Source: Octopus vulgaris
Lineage: Eukaryota
Length of the DNA: 64,000 nucleotides
Direction of reading: 5' to 3'
Assembly (NCBI GenBank): GCA_951406725.2
Contig: OX597815.1
Location: 112,406,001 to 112,470,000 of the forward strand
Shown here: piece by piece, positions 56,752 through 64,000 of the stretch
How the letters are laid out: each line of letters opens with the position of its first letter
Numbering within the stretch: position 1 is the first letter of the stretch
Translations under genes and position numbers: made by a program
Notes under the pieces: generated by a model
What the model was told of the DNA's origin: nothing
The model's input: only the letters and a program-made list of their open reading frames with translations
Database searches by the model: none

Positions 56752-57000
<249 letters not shown>

Positions 57001-57255
57001 TTGTAGTTGTTATCATCGCTGTTTCTCGTAGTGGAGCTTCTAGAGCTACTACTTCTGCTTCTGCCCGAGATAGTCATGTTTCTTTCGGGCTCTGCAGTTT
57101 GAGATAAGGCTATTTATATGGTGGAAATTTTTCAACTTCTGTATGAATCTTATTATAGAAGGAAAAGTATTTAATACACATAAACTTGCTTCCTCTCTCC
57201 CACATATAGATAGATAGATGAATAGATAAATAGAAAGATAGACGGGCAGACAGGC

Positions 57256-57343
<88 letters not shown>

Positions 57344-57806
57344 GTAGAGTTGGTCTACGCCTACAGGACTAGTATTATTCAGTAAAAGAGAGAAAAAGCG
57401 GACTGTGAATCTAGTATTTCCAACTCACCTTTCTTCAATATTTTGTATCTTATGCAGTTTCTAAGCCGCTCTTCACATTGAAGAAGTTGACTGATGCCTT
57501 GTTAATCGCTGTCGAGAGAACATTCGAAGAATAATACGAAGTATGATTGGCTAACTTGTCATTACTAAATTCAAACACATGAAACATCGATGTATATTCT
57601 CAAAGAAATGGGAAAAGTGATGTTTTATGGTCGAACTTCGTATCATATCACCGACATGTGTTTACGAAAGTTTTTCCTCCTACTCCTATACCTACTCTTA
57701 GTTCAGTAATCCTTTTTTTATCTATCAACTTCCCTCTTAACTCATCTTCTCCCTTTAGTTCACTCTTGCTTTCCACATGTTACTCTTTCACATTCCATTC
57801 AGTTAT

Positions 57807-57859
<53 letters not shown>

Positions 57860-58017
57860 ACACACACACACACACATACACATAATTAATGCTTGTTTCC
57901 TACTACTTTCTGTTTGTGTATGAACTTCCGTGGTCTTCCTTATCAGTTGAAGCCTGTTGTTCGAGCTAAAAGGATATAAAACTCTGCTGATTCACTTTCA
58001 TTTCTCCCCTGCCGACT

Positions 58018-58052
58018 TTTTCCTGAAGAAGGACTCTGTCTGAAACGTTGGA
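58018..58052 (+). ncRNA. Relic minimal hammerhead-like motif
   Basis: ttc-CTGAAGA(58023-29)-aGGAC-tct-GTCT-GAAAC(58042-46)-GTT-gga. Stem I is only ~3 bp. Confidence 0.4.
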
Positions 58053-58869
58053 TTTTCAGCTTCCCACAGCAAGTTGTCCATATGATTTTGTAGGTTACAG
58101 CAGATATGAATATGTCACCACTTCTTTTGCGTCTCTAGGACCTAACAAAGTAGAGGAAGTACACATTTTTCCTGCTTTGGCTACAAGTGTCAGTAAATGA
58201 TGCAGGATATGAGACCAAAGAAACAGCTGTTGCAATATAATTTAGTCTCCAAGGAACTTGTGAACAGCATCATTTTCACTCCAATGTCTTGTGACTGAAC
58301 TGCAGGTGGTGATAAAAGAAACAATTTCAAACCGTCGAGTAGAGCATGAAAGAAGTAAAGACAAGTCTTCCAAAATCTGGTCACAGTTAGCAGGGAAAAA
58401 AAAACAAAAATACCAAAGGGAACACCCTGATAAAAACAATAATATTCATCTTGGAAATCACAATGGTGTTCCCTCTTAGAAAGGCAATGGTACGGCAACA
58501 AAGGAAATAATTAAATATAATTCATTGTTTGCCGGAGGTCAAACAGAGTCATATTATAGAGAAGCACTCAATAGTATAGCAGACGTTTAAGATTAGTTAT
58601 CGTAGCTTGGGAATCAGAAACGTAGAGAACTCTGACCTGTTCGAGCTGGTGATTTCTCACCTGTGCGTGAATAATAACCTTAAATGACTTCTATCATATT
58701 TCAAATAAAATGGAGTTCAATAATTTCCTGATTGTATTTTATTTGAGATATATATTTTATAACATTTCATCTTGGTCCCATATATATAATATAACATCTT
58801 TCATCCGGTCTCTGTAGTCACCTGCTTAAATTTTCTTACCGTAATTCATTATACTTGTCAGCTTGAAAA

Positions 58870-59051
58870 ATGGTGAGCGGGCTGATTCCTTAGTGTGTCG
58901 TGCGGTATTTCTTCCGGGTTTGCCTTCTGAGTTCAAACGCTGCTGAGGTCAACTTTTATTATTTCAGGGTCGGGGATCGAGCACTGGGGTTGACGTAGTT
59001 GACTAGCACCCCTACATGAAACCTCAGGGCTTGTTTGGAAATATAGTAGAA
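58870..59051 (+). mobile_element. SINE
   Basis: tctgagttcaaacgctgctgaggtcaactttt..gggtcg..gagcactggggttgacgtagttgact, same family as 56585-56735. Confidence 0.65.
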
Positions 59052-59075
59052 ATTATTATTATTATTATTACTATA

Positions 59076-59143
<68 letters not shown>

Positions 59144-59159
59144 CATTATTATTATTATT
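59052..59159 (-). repeat. (AAT)n on minus strand
   Basis: ATT run. Confidence 0.97.
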
Positions 59160-59969
59160 CAGTAGTTTTAGTTTTATAGCGTGCTTTCACTTCACTCCTG
59201 AGCGCAGCTCTATGCGCCTTGGGTATGTGCTGTGATTTGTTTGTGATGCTCTGATGTTTACTGTATTGAAAGTGTTTTGCGTAGGATGTGTGCAGTGCCT
59301 AGTAGTGCAATTTTCTGTATGTTATATGTGTGTGTAATTCCTGGTGTTTTTGTTATGTATTTGTCTGAATATTTTTTATCATACCTAATGCACCTACTAT
59401 GATAGGAATTGTTTCTGTTTTTAGATTCCACATTCGAGTTACCTCTATTTCCAGGTTTTTGTGTTTTGAAAGTTTCTCCATTTCTTTTAGAGACACATTG
59501 TCATCTGCTGGTATTGATACATCAATTAGAAAGCATGTTTTCTTCATGATCTCTGACAAGTATATCTGGCCTGTTGGCCTTAATTTATCTATCTGTGTGT
59601 ATTGGTATATCCGGATTATGGTTGCTTTCTCGTTTTCTGTGACCTTTTCTGGTGTGTGCCTATACCTTCTTTTTTTTGTTGTTATTCCATAATGTTGGCA
59701 TAGCTTCCAGTGTATGATGGTCCCAGCTCTGTCGTGTCTGGGAATATATTCCTTCTTAGCCAGGACTGGGCAGCCAGAGATAATATGATTTATTGTTTCT
59801 TGTCCATTTCCACATATTCTGTAGTTACTTGTTATGTTTCTTTTCATTATATGTTTTCGGTAATTTCTGGTGGGGAGGCTTTGGTCTTGTGCTGCAATTA
59901 AAAATCCCTCCGTCTCTGCTTTGAATCCTGAGCTTCTCAACCATTGCTGGGATTTTTCATTGTCTATTT
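59160..59969 (-). mobile_element. 5'-truncated Dong-like LINE, family A (same as 636-2813)
   Basis: Reverse complement homolog of 2002-2813 including the 3' UTR end (..taaaactactg). ORF 59353-59940 covers the RLE region. Confidence 0.93.
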
Positions 59970-59973
59970 ATTA

Positions 59974-60034
<61 letters not shown>

Positions 60035-60047
60035 CATTATTATTATT

Positions 60048-60128
<81 letters not shown>
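59970..60128 (-). repeat. (ATT)n(CAT)n compound microsatellite
   Basis: Direct reading. Confidence 0.96.
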
Positions 60129-60129
60129 G

Positions 60130-61429
60130 TCTTATAACTTTATTTCAGCTGCCTTACTATCGGGCATCCTCCGGAGGCCAAGAGTAACCATGGCACTTTT
60201 GTTTTCCTATGCATGCTAAAATTATCACCGTATTTATTCCATTTTAGATGGAGTGTGCTTTCCGTAGTGTATGGGCTGTACCCATCAACGTTATCTTTTC
60301 TTGTTCACCGGCATCGGAGTTACCAGGGAGTTGCTTAATATATTTCTCAGCTCCCTTCTGTATCATATCCATAGCACCAATTACTACTGGTATTATCGTA
60401 GTCCTAAGCTTCCACATTTTTGTGATTTCAATTTGCAGATCTTAGTAGTAAGAAACCTTTTCGTATTCCTTTCTTGAGACATTTTGATCTTGTGGGACAG
60501 ACATATCTATTAACATACAAGTTCCTCTGTTGTAGTTCTTGATCACAATGTCTGATCGACTGGAGTCAATTTTTCTGTCTGTTTGTATTGGGAAGTTCCA
60601 AAGTATGATGAAACCCTCGCCATTTACTACATCCTCTGGATGATGCCAGTACCACTTAACATGGGATTTAATTTTGTAGTATTTACAAGTATTCCGTTGG
60701 ATGTACAGCCCTAGTCTGTCATGTATTATGAGATACTCCTTTTCAGCAAGGACAAGGACACACAGAATCAAGATGAATTGTTTTTGTGAATTTTCCACAA
60801 ATCCATCTTTAAGGTCGTTTGCATGGTAGTTTCTGGTAGGTAAGCTCTGATTTTGCTCTGCAATAAAAAAACAACCTTCTGTTTCCCCTTTCAGACATGT
60901 CCCTTGTAACCATCGGAGTGTTAGATTTTGAACAATTTCTGACTTGGTCAAGCGGTTAGGGTGTTGTCCATGCAGGAGATTACCTCTCGAGTTGTGTTCG
61001 ATATCATTCATGCAAGCCTTCTTTGCTTCTTGTTTGATCTTTTTCTCATCAGTGATAGGTCTGTCATTATTTGGAGCCCGTTGGTCTTTCTGATTGTTAA
61101 TATCAAAATCAGGAGACGCAATGGCAGATCTCTGAGTATTTGGGTGCCTTTGGTCATTGTTATTCTTAACTTGTACGTCAAGAATCTTTTTAAAGTTCCG
61201 ACTAAACTTCATGATTGAAGCTTGCTTGGAATCTTCATGCTTCCGTGGAGTTCGTAGCGCACATCACTTGTTGCATTAAGATACGTTTCAAGGCCTATTA
61301 TTGCTGAGATGAAGGATTCTTCGTGCTGTATCAGGCCTCTTCCACCTATTTTTCTTGGGAGAAAGATTCTGTCTACATCTGATTTTGGATGATGCATTCG
61401 GTAGCTGTAAAGATTTTACAGAACTTTTC
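60130..61429 (-). mobile_element. 5'-truncated Dong-like LINE, family C
   Basis: MHHPKSDVDRIFLPRKIGGRGL (61209-61397); LKGETEG..NQSLPTRNY..ILWNFPIQTDRKI..LIDMSVPQD (60442-61212); PVIVGAM C-terminus. Confidence 0.88.
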
Positions 61430-61443
61430 ATTATTATTATAAC

Positions 61444-61523
<80 letters not shown>

Positions 61524-61525
61524 AT
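61430..61525 (-). repeat. (AAT)n on minus strand
   Basis: ATT run. Confidence 0.96.
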
Positions 61526-61528
61526 ATT

Positions 61529-62086
61529 GAGTGAGAGAGCAGTTCATGCCATCAAAGTGACACTGGGGTAAAATATACGAAGCCCAATATACCCATCATG
61601 ACTACCCGTCTGATAAGGGTACACCAGGCACATGCATCACAACCATATGTGCGCGACATGGTGATCAATTATCAAGATAAACAGCACATGACTTTGCAGG
61701 TGGGGCCCAGTTAGAATTTTCTTCAGGTTGAGTAGCCCATCCCGCTCAAAAGGTCCCCGAATAAGGGTTGTTTAAGGATGTTGAAAGAACCACCAATGTT
61801 TCCAGATGTGAATAATTCAAACCCCAAAGAATCCCTCTCAACACATGGCTATGATGCTCCCCCACTACTTCTGCTCGTGATCAGAGATGCACATATCGTC
61901 AGCCACTAAGGGACATGCTCAACTGGTTAAAGTCAAACAACTGACAAGCAAATCTGTGGTATTGAGCAGAATATTTGCTGTAGCCCATCTTTTATACCAA
62001 GACAAAACAATGTACATGATAACACTTCCAATCAGTTAAGATCAGAAGCCATGAGAGCCACTGCCTGGTACTGCATCAGGGCATTT
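61529..62086 (-). mobile_element. Non-coding ~560-bp element inserted in (AAT)n (putative Dong-dependent SINE)
   Basis: No listed ORF; (ATT)n on both sides; its last 46 nt recur at 484-529 before (AAT)n. Confidence 0.7.
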
Positions 62087-62116
62087 ATTATTATTATTAT
62101 TATTATTATTAGGGGC

Positions 62117-62177
<61 letters not shown>
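62087..62177 (-). repeat. (ATT)n interrupted by aggggcattt (62111-62120)
   Basis: Direct reading. Confidence 0.93.
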
Positions 62178-64000
62178 TTCATTAGCGCCATCTTTCAGTT
62201 CTGTTTCTATTTATTGTCGAGTGTCTTCCTGACACCTTGGACAGAGAAACTTATTGTAGACATTGGTAAGCCAGAAAGAAAGGAAAAACTAAAAAATTGA
62301 AAGTAAACAAATAACATAAAGGGGGGGAAAAGGAAAGGACATTCTCAGTGACAATACTGTTCTTAATACATGTGACGTACCTGTTAAGACAATCTTTTGC
62401 ACTTCTTGCATGGACGGTAAGCAAGGAATCATTCTTAAATAATTTTCAGTTCCTTTTTTGATCATTCCAAGTGCTCCTACAATTACTGGTATTGTAACCG
62501 TCTTGAGATGCACATCTTTTCGATATCGATTAGCAAAATATTTTGCCGAGATGTTATGGTGACAGGGTATGCTCATGTCCATCAGTAAAGAGATTTTATT
62601 GCTTTTGTCTTGCACAATAATATCTGGCTTATTTGCCTTAATGCTCCAGTCTGTACATACTGGGATGTCCGAAAGAATAGCTACGTCTTTTCCCTCAGTT
62701 ACAGCCTCAGGGTGGTGCTTGTAACTTTTGTCAGCAGTTCTGATTTTATAATGCCGACACATTATCCAGTATAAATATTGGCCAACGCTGTCATGTTTTG
62801 ATTTGTACTCTACAGGTGCTAAAACCTTACTTCCAGAGATTAGGTGGTCCACTGTTTTTATACCATCGTTGTAGTATCAGCAATTTGGGTCTACACCATT
62901 TTCCATCACATTAGCTCGATAGTTACGGGTCAATAAGCCCTGATCTTCACTCCCGGTCTTTAGTCCTGAGCTCCATAGCCACTTATGGGTGTGCTTCTAG
63001 TCTACATCAGCTTGTTTGCTACGGGCCACATATTTGCTGCGCAGAGGTTTTTGTTCTCTCCTACCAGCCAATTGTTCAAGCTTATTTTGCTTTGATATTG
63101 ATTTCACCCTCTTTCTAACTACAGTTGCAGCACTTCTCTCAAGCTCTTCAACCTAAGTATTATGCATAATCTCACTTGAAACTGCTTTGCACTCCTTCAT
63201 TACAGAATGAAGCTTCTTATGTCTTTCATGGTTGTCAACGAGCTTTAGCATCCAGTCGTTAAATGTTTCAAGATATTCTGCCAGTCAAATTGTGGTTGTT
63301 TTGTTGGAGATTTCACATTGGATCAAGCCATGACCTCCTTGAGCTCTTGGTAGGTAAGGACGATTTGCGTCTGTCTTTGGTTGGTGCAGCTTATTGTAAG
63401 TCAGCATCTTACGGATTTTCCTGCCAATCTCCTTATTTTGCTCATATTCCAGTTCAATACATCGAAACTGTAAGGATTTTTGTAGCTAACACCTTGTTAC
63501 GTGAATTCAACTCGGATTTTAGGACTGCTTGAATAGCCCTGTAGCACTTCTTCGTGATATTCTTTTCCATACTTGCATGTTGAATGACAGAGCTCTTATT
63601 TATTTCGAGGTATTTGTAAGTTTGTTCCTGCTCGAGTTGTTCTTTTATGACTGTATCAACATCTAACACCACTGAATGTGAGGTCTTCAGTTTCCCTTTC
63701 TGGAAAGTGGCCTTAGTACATTTATCAAGACCAGTACGTAGTAGCCTTCAAGTTCATAATCGTCTTTACCATAGCGTTTTAAGTCATCCATATAAAATAG
63801 TTAACTTTTCTTGTCGCTAATTTTATATCCATACCCCTATTCTGTTGTTAAGTTCACTTGCAAAGGGTATTAGGTCTATGCAGAAAATTAAAGGTGAAAT
63901 TGAGTCACCTTGGGAAATACCGGAGTTAATATTAATATTTTTGTGGTCACTAATCCATTGGAGTAGTATAATTAGAGATTCGTATTACATTGACATGTTC
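62178..64000 (-). mobile_element. Dong-like LINE, family D, running off the window end
   Basis: GISQGDSISPLIFC (~63878-63921), LFYMDDL (~63780-63800), TYKYLEI..LKSELNSRNK (63454-63672), KANKPDI..TIPVIVGALG (62289-62852). Confidence 0.88.

Noticed and set aside
58150-58480. Cys/His-rich relic resembling LINE ORF1 knuckles
   Set aside because: No intact CCHC spacing in any single frame.
61690-61920. CTGACGA and CTGAAGA on the minus strand of the non-coding element as hammerhead cores
   Set aside because: No correctly placed GAAA, stem III or stem I partners found.

Overview
AT-rich eukaryotic (animal) intergenic or intronic DNA. I can support no host protein-coding gene, rRNA, tRNA or CRISPR array. 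The repeat mix (huge AT/AC/ATAG/AAT microsatellites, tRNA-derived SINEs, R4/Dong-type LINEs, Penelope-like elements) suggests a cephalopod/octopus-like genome; this is inference. The window contains two stacks of (AAT)n-targeting RLE-type LINEs (251-6330 on +, 59052-64000 on -), a 5'-truncated Tx1/L1-like LINE, two Penelope RT relics, and CR1, Helitron, RTE-derived and Tc1/mariner relics plus many SINEs. Three signals stand out. (1) Hammerhead-ribozyme cores from several unrelated repeat families: three are well formed (11356-11406 -, 13203-13280 -, 15437-15487 +), and five loci are divergent fold-back inverted repeats. (2) A ~560-bp non-coding element sits in (AAT)n like the Dong LINEs, and its 3' tail is fused to a Dong RT fragment at 381-529. 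(3) A 1.75-kb ORF1-only (HAL1-like) retroelement has a 12-bp TSD and a Tx1-like 3' tail. Most ORFs in the supplied track are microsatellite artefacts.
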